Shown here: positions 1-9,227 of the stretch, one piece after another
Layout of the letters: each line of letters starts with the position of its first letter
Numbering within the stretch: position 1 is the first letter of the stretch
Origin: Pirellulales bacterium
GTDB taxonomy: Bacteria; Planctomycetota; Planctomycetia; Pirellulales; UBA1268
Assembly (NCBI GenBank): GCA_044344765.1
Contig: JBIJCJ010000001.1
Coordinates: forward strand, 1-44,573
DNA: 44,573 nt
Reading direction: 5' to 3'
The notes under the pieces: generated by a model
The model's database searches: none
What the model was told of the DNA's origin: nothing
Seen by the model: only the letters and a program-made list of their open reading frames with translations
Position numbers and translations under genes: made by a program

Positions 1-2
1 GC

Positions 3-233
3 TTCGACATGGCCGCCGTGCTCGAGCTGGTGGCCCGCGTGCCGGAGGACGAGCCGCTGCGGCCGCTGCTCCGCGACCCGATCTTCCTCGCGCGCATCGA
101 GCACGCCATTCCGCCGGCGAGCGAGCGGGCAGCCGCCATCGCCCAGATACGAAACATCGCACCGCCGGGCGTTCCGGCGAATGCGGTCGACGGTGCCCAA
201 CCCCATGAGGTTTCCAATGGTCAGTGTTCTTGA
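3..233 (+). CDS. Hypothetical protein, 5' end possibly truncated by the window edge
   Basis: The reading frame is open from the first bases of the window (track ORF 9..233). Composition is diverse with no recognisable motif. Confidence 0.35.
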   Translation, partial: FDMAAVLELVARVPEDEPLRPLLRDPIFLARIEHAIPPASERAAAIAQIRNIAPPGVPANAVDGAQPHEVSNGQCS

Positions 234-948
234 ACTGCTCGCGCCAGTCCGCGCGAAAAAGGTCTTCCAACTGGAGGAGCTCGCCGACAAGCTGGTCGCC
301 GGCGAGAACATTCCCGCCGAGCTGATCGACAACACGCTCGTGGCATCCGGCAAAACGCCCGCCGACCTCCAGGCGATCCTCGATCGCAAGTCGGAGGTCA
401 AGCGGCTGGTCGCGATCGTGCGAACCTCGAAGGGGGCTGGCGAGAAGCTCGCCGCCATCGAATCGCAGATCGCCGCAGCGGAGCGGGAGTTCGACGCCGC
501 TCGTGAGAAGCTGCTCGCCGTGCGGGAGAAGCACGACGGCGACCGCGCGCGGCTTCGAGCCGAGATCGACGCCGCCGACCGTGCCAGGGACGAAATCCTG
601 ACGCAAGGCAAACTGCCGGTGGCGGCTTGGGAGCGGCTGTCGGAGGCCGAACGGGAGGCGAGCGACGCCAACGAGGCCCACGCTCACGCGCTCCGTGAGG
701 TGCCCACGTATCGCGGAAGGGCAAACGAGGCGGCGCGCCGCCTCCGATCCCTCGAATCCGGAACGCCGGTATTTGATCGAGGCGAGCCGGTCGACCCCGA
801 CCAGGTGCGGAAGGCGGAGAAGGCGGCCCGCACCGCCGACGAACAACACCAAGCCCGGCTTCCCAAGCTGGAGACGGAGTTGCAGGAAGCGCGTCAACGC
901 CGCGACGCCGTGCGGGCTGCCATTTTGCGTGAACTGGGGGCGTCCTGA
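181..948 (+). CDS. Hypothetical coiled-coil protein, phage-associated by context
   Basis: 255-aa ORF rich in E/R/A heptad-like stretches (AAAEREFDAAREKLLAVREKHDGDRARLRAEIDAADRARDE). Start is uncertain: in-frame ATGs at 181, 205 and 217. Confidence 0.55.
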   Translation: MRSTVPNPMRFPMVSVLELLAPVRAKKVFQLEELADKLVAGENIPAELIDNTLVASGKTPADLQAILDRKSEVKRLVAIVRTSKGAGEKLAAIESQIAAAEREFDAAREKLLAVREKHDGDRARLRAEIDAADRARDEILTQGKLPVAAWERLSEAEREASDANEAHAHALREVPTYRGRANEAARRLRSLESGTPVFDRGEPVDPDQVRKAEKAARTADEQHQARLPKLETELQEARQRRDAVRAAILRELGAS

Positions 949-1017
949 CCACGGCCACTGAGTTCTCGGAACACTCGCGGGGCTTCCGCCACGGCTTGCC
1001 GTGTGCTCCGCGAGTGG

Positions 1018-1052
1018 CCCGGCCGGGGGCGCACCTCCTTCCCCCGGCCGGG
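1018..1052 (+). terminator. GC-rich stem-loop after the coiled-coil gene
   Basis: Perfect 12-bp stem CCCGGCCGGGGG / CCCCCGGCCGGG with an 11-nt loop. There is no U-tract, so terminator function is only inferred. Confidence 0.3.
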
Positions 1053-1123
1053 CGCCGAGTTCGAGCACGAATGCCATGGCGCACGTCGCGACCTGGCCCA
1101 ACCCATGAACAGCGAGAACACCC

Positions 1124-1471
1124 ATGATCGACTGCAACGCGATTGCTACCAGCTTCTTCGGAGCCGTGGCCACGGCCCAGACCGAGACGCACGCCGCCCG
1201 TGCCCTCGATCCGTTGGCGGCGAACCTAAGGGCCTCGCTCGTGGCGGCGCCTGCACATGCCGCTCCGCCTCCGGTGATGCGGATGGTGGCCCTGCCCAGG
1301 GTGATGGGGCACGAAGGGCCGGCGGCCGCTGCTGAGAGGCTCCGGTTCCGACTCGACGAGATCGAGCTTGCGAGACGGTTTGGAGATGCGGCCGACGTCG
1401 CGCGGGTGGTCGGGATCGCCGTCGACGAGCTGCGGACGGCCGCCACGGCCTCGCGGAGGGTGGGGTGGTGA
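1124..1471 (+). CDS. Hypothetical protein; sits where a small terminase subunit would be expected
   Basis: 115-aa ORF with high third-position GC, immediately upstream of the large terminase. No motif recognised; the small-terminase idea rests on position only. Confidence 0.4.
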   Translation: MIDCNAIATSFFGAVATAQTETHAARALDPLAANLRASLVAAPAHAAPPPVMRMVALPRVMGHEGPAAAAERLRFRLDEIELARRFGDAADVARVVGIAVDELRTAATASRRVGW

Positions 1472-1568
1472 TTGATCGTCCGTCCGCCGCTGCCCCCGCG
1501 CGTGGGTCCTGTCGGCCGGCCGGCACGCGGTTCGCCCCCGCTGCGAAATCCACCCCAGAGGACAGACC

Positions 1569-3689
1569 TTGACGAACAAGCCCCCCTCCAAGGCATCGCC
1601 CCAAAAAACCCAGTCCAACCGCTACGCGTCCCGCAAAAAGGCCGCGACCGAGTTCGACCGGCGGGCCAGCATCGCCGGACGTGAGATCGGCGACATCCCG
1701 CCCCCGGCCGACCCGGCCCGGCGAGCCGCGGCCGAGGCGTCGTTCCGGGTCTTCTGCGAGTTGTACCTGCCCGCCACCTTCAGCCTGGCATGGTCCGACG
1801 ACCACCTCGAAGTGATCGCCGCGATCGAGGCAGCCGTTCGGGATGGCGAGCTGTTCGCGTTCGCCATGTCCCGCGGGTCCGGCAAGACCAGCCTCGTGGA
1901 GGCGGCCGCGCTGTGGGCGCTCCTCCACGGCTACCGCGAGTTCGTCGCCATCATCGGCAGCGACGAAGGGCACGCCATGACGATGCTCGAAAGCATCAAG
2001 GTCGAGTGCGAGACGAACGGGCTCCTCCAGGCCGACTACCCGGAGGCGCTGTTCCCGGTGGCCGCCCTGGAGCGCATCCACCAGCGTGCCAAGGGGCAGA
2101 TCCACCAGGGCAAGCCCACGCATATCGTCTGGAAGCAAAAAGAGATCCAGTTCCCGACCATCGCAGGGAGCAAGGCGGCGGGCGGCATCATCCGGGTGGC
2201 TGGCATCACCGGCCGCATCCGCGGCATGAGCGCGAAACGGGCCGCGGACGGCCGGAAGGTCCGGCCGACGCTCGTGCTGATCGACGACCCGCAGACCGAC
2301 GAAGTCGCCCGGAGCCCGTCGCAAGTCGCGGCCCGCGAGGGGGTGCTGAAGGGGGCGATCCTCGGGCTGGCCGGACCGGGGGTCCAGATCGCGGGCCTGG
2401 CCACCGTCACCGTCATCGCCCCCGACGACCTGGCCGACCGGCTCCTCGATCGCCAGCGGCATCCGGCATGGCACGGGCGCCGGATGAAGCTGGTCTACGC
2501 CTGGCCGACGAACACGAGCTTGTGGGAGCGGTACACGGAGCTGCGGCGCGAGGGCCAGCGCAGCGGCGCCGGCGTCAAGGCCGCGGACGAGTTCTACCTG
2601 GCCAACCGCGAAGCGATGGACGCCGGAGGCATCGTCGCCTGGCCGGCCCGAAAGCATTCTGAGGAGGTTTCCGCCATGCAGCACGCCATGAACCTGAAGA
2701 TCGACCGCGGTGAGGCCGCGTTCGCGGCCGAGTTCCAAAACGAGCCGGTCGTCGAGTCCAAGGCCGCCGAACACCTGTCCCCGAAGGAGATCGCCACCCA
2801 CGCCATCAACGTGCCGCGATGGACGGTCCCGCGCGGCATGGACACCGTGACCGCGTTCGTCGACGTCCAGGAGCGGGCGCTCTACTGGGCGGTCGTCGCG
2901 TGGGGGCATCAACTCCGCGGCCACCTGGTCGCCTACGGCACCTACCCCGACCAAGGGCGGGCCTACTTCACCCTCCGCGACGTTCAGCGCACGCTCGCCG
3001 ACGCCGCCGGCGGTGCCGCGATCGAGCCGGCGATCCAGGCCGGGCTCGAAGCGGTCGCCGGGATGATCCTCGACCGCGAGTTCGAGCGGGAGACCGACGA
3101 CGCGGTTCTCCGGGTTGGACAACTGTTCATCGACGCCAACTGGGCCGCGTCGCAGGGGGTCGTGCGAGACTTCGCGAGGCGATCATCTTGGGGGCCGCGT
3201 GTCCTCCCGACGCACGGCAGATTCGTGGGGGCGAGCGGCTCCAACATCAGCGACAAATCCCCGGACCGCGGGGAGCGAGTGGGCGCCAACTGGCGGACGT
3301 CCACGATCCAGAGGCAGCGACACGTGCTGTTCGACACGAACGCATGGAAGACGTTCATCGCCGCACGACTGCGACTGCCCCCGGCGGACCCGCTCGCCTT
3401 CACGCTCCACGCCGGGGATCACGACATGCTCGCGGAGCAGCTCGCGAGCGAGCACCCGATCCGGGTGGAGGCCCGCGGCCGCGTGGTCGACGAGTGGCGG
3501 CTGATCCCCGGCCGCGACAACCATTTTCTCGACTGTGTCGTCGGCTCCGCGGTGGCGGCATCGTTCATGGGAGTGTCCGCGGTCGGCGCGCAAGCCGCCG
3601 CGCCGCAGCGGCCCGCCACCGTCATCACGCGCGAGCAGATGGCGATGCGCCGCGCCGAGCTCATGCGGCTCACCAACCGCCCCTGGTAA
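1569..3689 (+). CDS. terL: Phage terminase large subunit
   Basis: 706-aa ORF with a TTG start. Walker A-like FAFAMSRGSGKTSLVEAAALW, Walker B-like PTLVLIDDPQTDE, and an acidic nuclease-like C-terminal half (VTAFVDVQ, LFIDANW, DNHFLDC). Assigned by recall of terminase families, not by search. Confidence 0.85.
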   Translation: MTNKPPSKASPQKTQSNRYASRKKAATEFDRRASIAGREIGDIPPPADPARRAAAEASFRVFCELYLPATFSLAWSDDHLEVIAAIEAAVRDGELFAFAMSRGSGKTSLVEAAALWALLHGYREFVAIIGSDEGHAMTMLESIKVECETNGLLQADYPEALFPVAALERIHQRAKGQIHQGKPTHIVWKQKEIQFPTIAGSKAAGGIIRVAGITGRIRGMSAKRAADGRKVRPTLVLIDDPQTDEVARSPSQVAAREGVLKGAILGLAGPGVQIAGLATVTVIAPDDLADRLLDRQRHPAWHGRRMKLVYAWPTNTSLWERYTELRREGQRSGAGVKAADEFYLANREAMDAGGIVAWPARKHSEEVSAMQHAMNLKIDRGEAAFAAEFQNEPVVESKAAEHLSPKEIATHAINVPRWTVPRGMDTVTAFVDVQERALYWAVVAWGHQLRGHLVAYGTYPDQGRAYFTLRDVQRTLADAAGGAAIEPAIQAGLEAVAGMILDREFERETDDAVLRVGQLFIDANWAASQGVVRDFARRSSWGPRVLPTHGRFVGASGSNISDKSPDRGERVGANWRTSTIQRQRHVLFDTNAWKTFIAARLRLPPADPLAFTLHAGDHDMLAEQLASEHPIRVEARGRVVDEWRLIPGRDNHFLDCVVGSAVAASFMGVSAVGAQAAAPQRPATVITREQMAMRRAELMRLTNRPW

Positions 3690-3773
3690 GATGAAGGAAT
3701 GAACATCAGTTCAGGCGTGAGGCCATAGCCCATCGGGCGCGAGGCGACTTGTTCAAGCGGGAAGGAAACCATC

Positions 3774-6176
3774 ATGGCAGCTAGTGCAGGTGCGGTTCGG
3801 GCCGGCGGTGCCTTCATCGAAATCTTCGCGAAGGACGTCGCGTTCCAGCAGGCGATGACGCGGGTCCAGAATCGGCTGAAGGCCGTATCGGCTTCGATGC
3901 GGCAGATCGGGAACAACATGGCGATCGGCGGGGCGGCGATGGCTGCCCCGCTCCTGGCGGCCGTCAACGGCGCCCGTCGGTTCGAGGATGCCTTGCTCGA
4001 CGCGAAGGCGTCGGCCGGGCTCACGGCCGCAGAGATGGAGCGCGTCCGGCAGAAGGCGCTCGAGCTGTCGCAGGCTGGCGTGGGCGGCCCGGGCGAGATC
4101 GCGGAGGCGTTCACGGCCATCATCAAGGCCGGCATGCCGCTGGAGCAAGCCCTCGGCGGGGCCGCCGAGGCGGTCGTGAAGTTCGCCAGCAACGCCGGCA
4201 TCGACACCCAGCGCGCGGCCGAGATCGCCAGCGACGCCATGAACGTGTTCGGAGAATCGACGACCAGCGCGACCGACATCCTGAAGGCAGCCGCCGACAG
4301 TTCGAGCACCGACATCAACCAGATGACGCAGGCGTTCAGCCAATCGTCGGCCGTGGCCGGTCAGGCCGGTCAGTCCATGTCCACGCTCTCCGCGGCGCTG
4401 GCGATCATGGCGTCGCAGGGGGTCAAGGGTTCGGACGCCGGCACAAGCCTCAAGACGATGATCCAGCGGCTCACGACCGGAGCCGATACGGCGGCGGAGG
4501 CGATGGCCGAGATCGGGCTCGGGGTGGCGAGCTTCCGCGACGCTCGCGGCGGCGTGCTGCCGCTCGCGCAGGTCATGGACATCCTGAACGCGAAGCTCGG
4601 CACGCTCGACAAGGCGTCGCGGGACAACGTCATGGCCCGCATCTTCGGGACGGACGCCATCCGCGCCGCGCAGATCCTGACGACGGCCGGCTCGGCCGGG
4701 TTCAAGGCCATGGGCGACCAGATGGCCAAGTCGATGAGCAACGCGGATGCCTTCAACGAACGCATGTCGGGAATCAGCGGTGCGGTCCGGCGGCTCAACT
4801 CCGCCATGGAGCGATTGTCGGTCGCCGTGTCCGGAGGGCTTGGGACCGCGATCGGGTCGGTCGAAAAGGGGCTGGTCGCGTTCGTGAACGCCGTCTCGTG
4901 GCTGGCGGACCGATTCCCGGTCGTGACGCAGGCGGTGGCCGGTGCGGCGGGATTCCTGCTCGCGTTCGGGTTGGCCGCAAAGGTGGCCGGGTTCGCGTTG
5001 TCCGGCGTTGCGCAGGCGTTCTCACTGCTGAAGATGCTTCCGTCCCTCTTGACGCCGATGGGGCTCATCACCACTGCGATCGTCGGCATCGGAGTGGGCG
5101 GCGTGATGGCGGCCCGATCGCTCTCGCCGGCGTTCAAGGAAGAGACCGACGCCATCTGGCAGGCAATCACGCAACTCGACTTCGGGACGGCGTGGGAGAT
5201 CATGAACCTCAATTTCTCGATCGCCTTGGCCCAGATGGGAGCGGCGGCGAGCAAGTTTTGGGGCACGATCCAGGGAACGTTCGCGTCGGCAGGATCTTTC
5301 ATCGGCGACACGCTCACCCAAGGGCTCGACCGGTTCATGGGCCTGTTTGGTGCCGACATCATCACGCTCCAGAACGGGTTCGAGCGGCTGGGCATCTACT
5401 TCCGGGCGGCGTTCGATTGGAAGTTCGCCCTGACCGGAATGAGTGCGGCCCTCAAGGCCGCGGACGCTGCCGCGGAGAAGGCGCGAGCCAGGACGCCGAC
5501 CGCGGATGCCAGGGCCGCCGATCGGGCCGCCGCCCGCCAGCGGGCTGCCGATGGCCGGCAGACGGCCATGGACAAGGACGCCGAGGGCTGGGGGGCGACT
5601 GTCGAAGAACTGCGGAAGGATCTTGCAAGGGCAAAAGACAGCCTCAACAAGCCGGCCGAAGCCAAGGGCGATTCCGCCGAGTCGGTCGCGAAAAACTTCA
5701 TGGACCAGTTCCGGCAGCCTGGCGAGTTCACGCCCGGCGGTTCTGGCACCGCGGCAGCTGGGGCCGCGGCCACGAGCATCGGCCAGACGATCGGCACGTT
5801 CGCGTCCAGTGCCGAAGGTCTCGGCATCGGGCCGGAACTGAACAAGCTCGAGCAGCCAGCCATCCAGACGGCCGCGAACACCTCCAGGGCTGCGGCGGCC
5901 CTGGAGCAGATGGTCGCCGCCAATCGTTTGGAGCCAGCGGCTGCGGCTGGTGGCGTGGCCGCCCAGGTCGCCGCCCCGCAGGCCGGGCCGGTGGCCGCCA
6001 GGGTTCAAGCCGGCGCGGCGGTTGCGAGTTGGTCCGGCGTGAGCGAGGCGATGGGCGACGGCTTCAAGGCCGTCGTGTCCGCGATCGAGAGGAACACCAA
6101 GGTCACGGAACTGTTGCCCCCGCTCTTGTCGAAGATCGCGACGAACACTGCGAACGCGGGGCTGACGTTCGGGTGA
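3774..6176 (+). CDS. Phage tail tape measure protein, TP901-type core
   Basis: 800-aa Ala/Gly-rich ORF. The central block DINQMTQAFSQSSAVAGQAGQSMSTLSAALAIMASQGVKGSDAGTSLKTMIQRL ... ARIFGTDAIRAAQIL fits the TP901-family tape-measure core as I recall it. It also has internal hydrophobic segments, and GGAAGGAAA lies upstream of the ATG. Confidence 0.85.
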   Translation: MAASAGAVRAGGAFIEIFAKDVAFQQAMTRVQNRLKAVSASMRQIGNNMAIGGAAMAAPLLAAVNGARRFEDALLDAKASAGLTAAEMERVRQKALELSQAGVGGPGEIAEAFTAIIKAGMPLEQALGGAAEAVVKFASNAGIDTQRAAEIASDAMNVFGESTTSATDILKAAADSSSTDINQMTQAFSQSSAVAGQAGQSMSTLSAALAIMASQGVKGSDAGTSLKTMIQRLTTGADTAAEAMAEIGLGVASFRDARGGVLPLAQVMDILNAKLGTLDKASRDNVMARIFGTDAIRAAQILTTAGSAGFKAMGDQMAKSMSNADAFNERMSGISGAVRRLNSAMERLSVAVSGGLGTAIGSVEKGLVAFVNAVSWLADRFPVVTQAVAGAAGFLLAFGLAAKVAGFALSGVAQAFSLLKMLPSLLTPMGLITTAIVGIGVGGVMAARSLSPAFKEETDAIWQAITQLDFGTAWEIMNLNFSIALAQMGAAASKFWGTIQGTFASAGSFIGDTLTQGLDRFMGLFGADIITLQNGFERLGIYFRAAFDWKFALTGMSAALKAADAAAEKARARTPTADARAADRAAARQRAADGRQTAMDKDAEGWGATVEELRKDLARAKDSLNKPAEAKGDSAESVAKNFMDQFRQPGEFTPGGSGTAAAGAAATSIGQTIGTFASSAEGLGIGPELNKLEQPAIQTAANTSRAAAALEQMVAANRLEPAAAAGGVAAQVAAPQAGPVAARVQAGAAVASWSGVSEAMGDGFKAVVSAIERNTKVTELLPPLLSKIATNTANAGLTFG

Positions 6177-6185
6177 GAAAAGACT

Positions 6186-6218
6186 GGAGCCGGCTCGGGC
6201 TGCAACCCGGCCGGCTCC
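6186..6218 (+). terminator. Strong stem-loop directly after the tape measure stop
   Basis: GGAGCCGGC(T)CGGG - CTGCAA - CCCGGCCGGCTCC gives 13 bp with one bulged T. No clear U-tract. Confidence 0.45.
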
Positions 6219-6245
6219 TCGAATCCCGGCGTGGGGGCCGGAATC

Positions 6246-6461
6246 ATGGCGGCAGACTACCAGACTTCGGCCCGTTGTCTATCCGACGAGGAGCTCGCGA
6301 ATCTATGCAGGAAGCGCGCCGCAGAACACGCCGCTCGAACCCCGGAAGAAGCGTGGGCGATCACTGCCGCCGCCCTGGAGGCGTGGCGGGCTCGGGATCG
6401 CCGTCGAAGCCCTCCGCCACCGCCTGCGACCCGCCGTCGCCGAAAAGCCGTGGCCGGCTGA
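6246..6461 (+). CDS. Hypothetical small protein
   Basis: ATG at 6246 inside track ORF 6231..6461 (MAADYQTSARCLSDEELANLCRKRAAEHAARTPEEAW...). The C-terminal Arg/Pro tail makes this call weak. Confidence 0.35.
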   Translation: MAADYQTSARCLSDEELANLCRKRAAEHAARTPEEAWAITAAALEAWRARDRRRSPPPPPATRRRRKAVAG

Positions 6462-6526
6462 ATGAATGGCCGCGCGAGGCGTACCGCCTCCGCGAGTACC
6501 ACCGCCTCGGGCCTGGCCGCCACGAG

Positions 6527-6997
6527 ATGCGACCGATCCCCGGCGAAAACCGCGTGTTCACGACCTGGAAGGCGGCGTGCGACGCGGCCGAAGCGATGAA
6601 GGGGCACATCGTCACCCAGTCCATCCTGATCGACGCCGACGGCCAGCTCGTGTTTCCGGCGGAGGGGCGGCAGATGAGAACCGAGGGCCGGTGGATCGCC
6701 GCGGTGAACTTTCGCTACCGTCATCGCGGTGTGGGAGGTGCGCCACGACCAACGGACATGGAACATCATGCCAATGGAATGAAGTTGCAAACCCATGGCA
6801 ACGGCCCCGTGGCCTCCGGACAGACCGCCCCTGCCCCGGCCCGCGGCCGAGCCGACCGGAGCGGCCGAGGGCACATGCGGCTGTCCCGGAAGGTCATCGA
6901 CCGGCTCGCTGAAATCCGCCAGGAGTCGCCCGATTTCGGCCGGCGAGCGGCCGCCACTGGGCAGTTCCCTTTGTCGGGCGAGAGCGACAACTTGTAG
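6527..6997 (+). CDS. Hypothetical protein
   Basis: Tail of the long frame-2 ORF 4898..6997. The first ATG after the tape measure is at 6527 (MRPIPGENRVFTTWKAACDAAEAMKGHIVTQSILIDADGQLVFP...). Third-position GC is high at both ends and weaker in the middle. The frame also looks coding upstream of the ATG, so the start is uncertain. Confidence 0.4.
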   Translation: MRPIPGENRVFTTWKAACDAAEAMKGHIVTQSILIDADGQLVFPAEGRQMRTEGRWIAAVNFRYRHRGVGGAPRPTDMEHHANGMKLQTHGNGPVASGQTAPAPARGRADRSGRGHMRLSRKVIDRLAEIRQESPDFGRRAAATGQFPLSGESDNL

Positions 6998-7007
6998 AGT
7001 TGGGGGC

Positions 7008-7226
7008 ATGAACCTCGCGCTCTACGTATCCGTCGCCGATGCCGCAGAAATCGCGGGCGTGTCGCCGGAGCGCATCCGCCAACTCGTAGCCTCCGGGCAG
7101 ATGGGCGGCGAGAAGAAGGCCGGTGTTTGGCTGGTGCTGAAGGCCGACGCCGAGCGCTTCGTGCGGATCCCGAACATGGGCCGCCCGAAGCGGGCCACCA
7201 AAAAGGCCCGCAGAAAACTGCGGTAA
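7008..7226 (+). CDS. Excisionase-family / MerR-like helix-turn-helix DNA-binding protein
   Basis: 72-aa product MNLALYVSVADAAEIAGVSPERIRQLVASGQMGGEKKAGVWLVLKADAERFV followed by a basic tail. This is the typical excisionase-type HTH pattern, and the gene lies upstream of the integrase. Confidence 0.7.
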   Translation: MNLALYVSVADAAEIAGVSPERIRQLVASGQMGGEKKAGVWLVLKADAERFVRIPNMGRPKRATKKARRKLR

Positions 7227-7343
7227 TCGCCCTCCCCCGATCGTGCCCCCTCCTCCTGGTTGTCGGACATTTGGAGGTACGGTAATATCGTGCCCGCCGG
7301 CCGAGGGATTCGGCCGGATCCACCAAGGAAGGAAGTGCCACCG

Positions 7344-7997
7344 ATGAAGGCCAATCTGTCGAAGCTCGCCCCTGTCTGCCCGACCTCCCGCCGGATCGTC
7401 GCCAAGGAACTGGGCCGCAAGAAAGTCTCCGACCGCGAGATCGCGGCGTGGAGCATGGAACGCGGGTTTGAGTGCCGGGTGATTCCGGAGAAGGCCGCCA
7501 TCGCCGATCGGCTCCTACGCGAGGCGTGGGAACTGGTCCATCGGCTGATCGAGGATGGCGTCAAGTTCCCGGGGACGGCGGCGCAGGCCACGCTCGTCAT
7601 CGGCGGCACGGCCTACGCGGCGTGGCGGTCGGCGCTCGATCGGCGATGCCGCGATCACGAAGATGCGCACCTGGTCATGGTCGTCGCCGGCCTGAACGCC
7701 GGTCTCGAGTTCGCACGGCGGCATACCACGGGCATGCCACGCATGTACGCGATGGACTACATCGACACCGTGGCGGACAGTACCGACGCGCTCGATCACG
7801 TGCCGATGATGGACACGCTCGCGAAGCTCTGGCCCAAAACCTACGGTGGCGGAAAACTGCGGTTCCGGACGCCGCGGTACGTGACGGTCGGAACTGACCG
7901 GGATTCGTGGGATGCAGAGTTCTGGGTCAACGTGCCGAACGTGCTGAACGCGTCGAAGGCGCTGATCGTCGCGGCCTCCAAGCGCAAGCCGCTGTAG
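7344..7997 (+). CDS. Hypothetical protein, orphan cargo between the HTH gene and the integrase
   Basis: ATG at 7344 preceded by AAGGAAGGAAG (track ORF begins at TTG 7260). 217 aa of diverse composition (W, Y, F, C, D present). No motif recognised. Confidence 0.55.
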   Translation: MKANLSKLAPVCPTSRRIVAKELGRKKVSDREIAAWSMERGFECRVIPEKAAIADRLLREAWELVHRLIEDGVKFPGTAAQATLVIGGTAYAAWRSALDRRCRDHEDAHLVMVVAGLNAGLEFARRHTTGMPRMYAMDYIDTVADSTDALDHVPMMDTLAKLWPKTYGGGKLRFRTPRYVTVGTDRDSWDAEFWVNVPNVLNASKALIVAASKRKPL

Positions 7998-8041
7998 AGA
8001 GACGAAGGGACGAAAACCACCACGGGAAGGGAGTTCACGCC

Positions 8042-9016
8042 ATGGGCAGGGATGCTCTGTCGGTTCCGGCGATCACTGGTCAGGTCGTCGCCAGCCCGGT
8101 CGACCACTACCGGCAACTGGTGCAGGCCCGGCAACGGGCGGCGCAGCCGATGCGGCTGGTCGAGTACGTGGCGGTCTACGCGACCACCCACGAGATCGAG
8201 GTCGAGACGGCCCGGCAGTACCGGATCACGGCTGAGCGGATGGAGGCATGGGCCGGGTGCCCCATCATGCTCACCGACCTGAACGAGCTCCTCGTGTCGG
8301 GCTGGCTCCGGGCGTATGCGGCCGAGGGATGGAAGCCTTCGACCGTGAGGTCGAAGCGGACGCAACTGCTGGCGCTGTGGCGGGCGGCGGCGGACGAATA
8401 CCTATGCGAGCCGCCCACCCGCCGGGTCCGGTCCGCACGGGTGCCGTGGGAGCCTCGCGACTGCTGGACGCTGGACGAGGTGAACCAGCTCCTCCGGGCC
8501 GCCAGTTGGCTGCGGAATAGCCCTGGCGGCGGGATGCCGCGGGCGGAGTGGTTCGACCTGGCGATCCGGGTCGCGTGGGACACGGGCCTGCGGTGGGGCG
8601 ACCAAATCGCCCTCCGCACCGACGCCATCTACAACGACGTCGTGGTCGTGGCCCAGCGCAAGACCCGCCGGCCAGCCTGCGGGCGGCTCTCGCGGTCGAC
8701 GATGGCCGTCCTGGCGGACAGCCTCCGCCGGTGGCCACGGGATCGCGTGACGCCGTGGAAGTGGTCGCACGAGACGTTCAACGCCCAGGTGAGGCGGCTG
8801 GTCGTGAAGGCCGGCATCCGCCCCGGCACGTGGAAGTGGCTCCGGCGGGGGTCCGCGACCGACGTCGAGATCCAGGAGCCCGGCAAGGGGATGGCGGCCC
8901 GGCACCTCGGCCACGCCCCCGGCAGCAAGGTGGCCGAGATCAACTACCTGAGCCCCGCGATCATCGCCCAGCACGTGCCGATGGTCTCGCCGAGGGAGTT
9001 GGGGGCCGCCGGCTAG
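8042..9016 (+). CDS. int: Tyrosine recombinase / phage integrase
   Basis: ATG at 8042 preceded by GGGAAGGGAG. SAM-like N-terminal part (YRITAERMEAWAG...LNELLVSGWL). Catalytic-domain landmarks: DTGLRWGD (Arg), KTRR (Lys), KWLRRGSAT (xxxR box), HLGHAPGS (His) and EINYL (Tyr nucleophile). Confidence 0.85.
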   Translation: MGRDALSVPAITGQVVASPVDHYRQLVQARQRAAQPMRLVEYVAVYATTHEIEVETARQYRITAERMEAWAGCPIMLTDLNELLVSGWLRAYAAEGWKPSTVRSKRTQLLALWRAAADEYLCEPPTRRVRSARVPWEPRDCWTLDEVNQLLRAASWLRNSPGGGMPRAEWFDLAIRVAWDTGLRWGDQIALRTDAIYNDVVVVAQRKTRRPACGRLSRSTMAVLADSLRRWPRDRVTPWKWSHETFNAQVRRLVVKAGIRPGTWKWLRRGSATDVEIQEPGKGMAARHLGHAPGSKVAEINYLSPAIIAQHVPMVSPRELGAAG

Positions 9017-9034
9017 GGGGCGCCGACTCCGGTC

Positions 9035-9056
9035 CTATCCCCACCCTATCCCCACC
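9035..9056 (+). repeat. Two tandem copies of the 11-mer CTATCCCCACC
   Basis: Copies at 9035-9045 and 9046-9056, bracketed by the direct 9-mer GGGGGCGCC at 9016-9024 and 9057-9065. Read directly from the sequence. Confidence 0.95.
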
Positions 9057-9204
9057 GGGGGCGCCCTGGTCGCGGCTGGCCGGCCAGGTGGCCGCTTGCC
9101 GCGGCCTCCAGCGGTGCCGTTTTCAGCGCCCGAAAGGCGGGGTAGAATTGCGGGCCACGAACGCGGGTTTTTGCCCCGCCGACTCACCGCCGGAAACGGA
9201 AAAC

Positions 9205-9227
9205 GGTGGGGATAGCGGTGGGGATAG
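9205..9227 (-). repeat. Two copies of the same 11-mer in inverted orientation (GGTGGGGATAG C GGTGGGGATAG)
   Basis: Copies at 9205-9215 and 9217-9227 are exact reverse complements of the 9035-9056 repeats. They lie 148 bp away from that pair and 19 bp upstream of the tRNA. Confidence 0.95.

Noticed and set aside
1146-3122. 658-aa minus-strand ORF antisense to the terminase gene. Similar long shadow ORFs occur at 398..1192(-), 12123..13490(-), 14493..16703(+), 20879..23692(+), 32940..34943(-), 38505..40418(+) and 38552..40876(+).
   Set aside because: Their products are Arg/Pro/Gly/Ala-rich and low-complexity, with no motifs. Each overlaps a gene on the other strand or frame that has clear family motifs. 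This is the typical stop-codon-poor antisense frame of GC-rich DNA.
6257-7009. 250-aa minus-strand ORF across the small-ORF region of the element, and 6466..6912(+).
   Set aside because: Both are Arg/Gly/Pro-rich shadow frames. The frame-2 plus-strand reading has the more protein-like composition and third-position GC, although even that call is weak.
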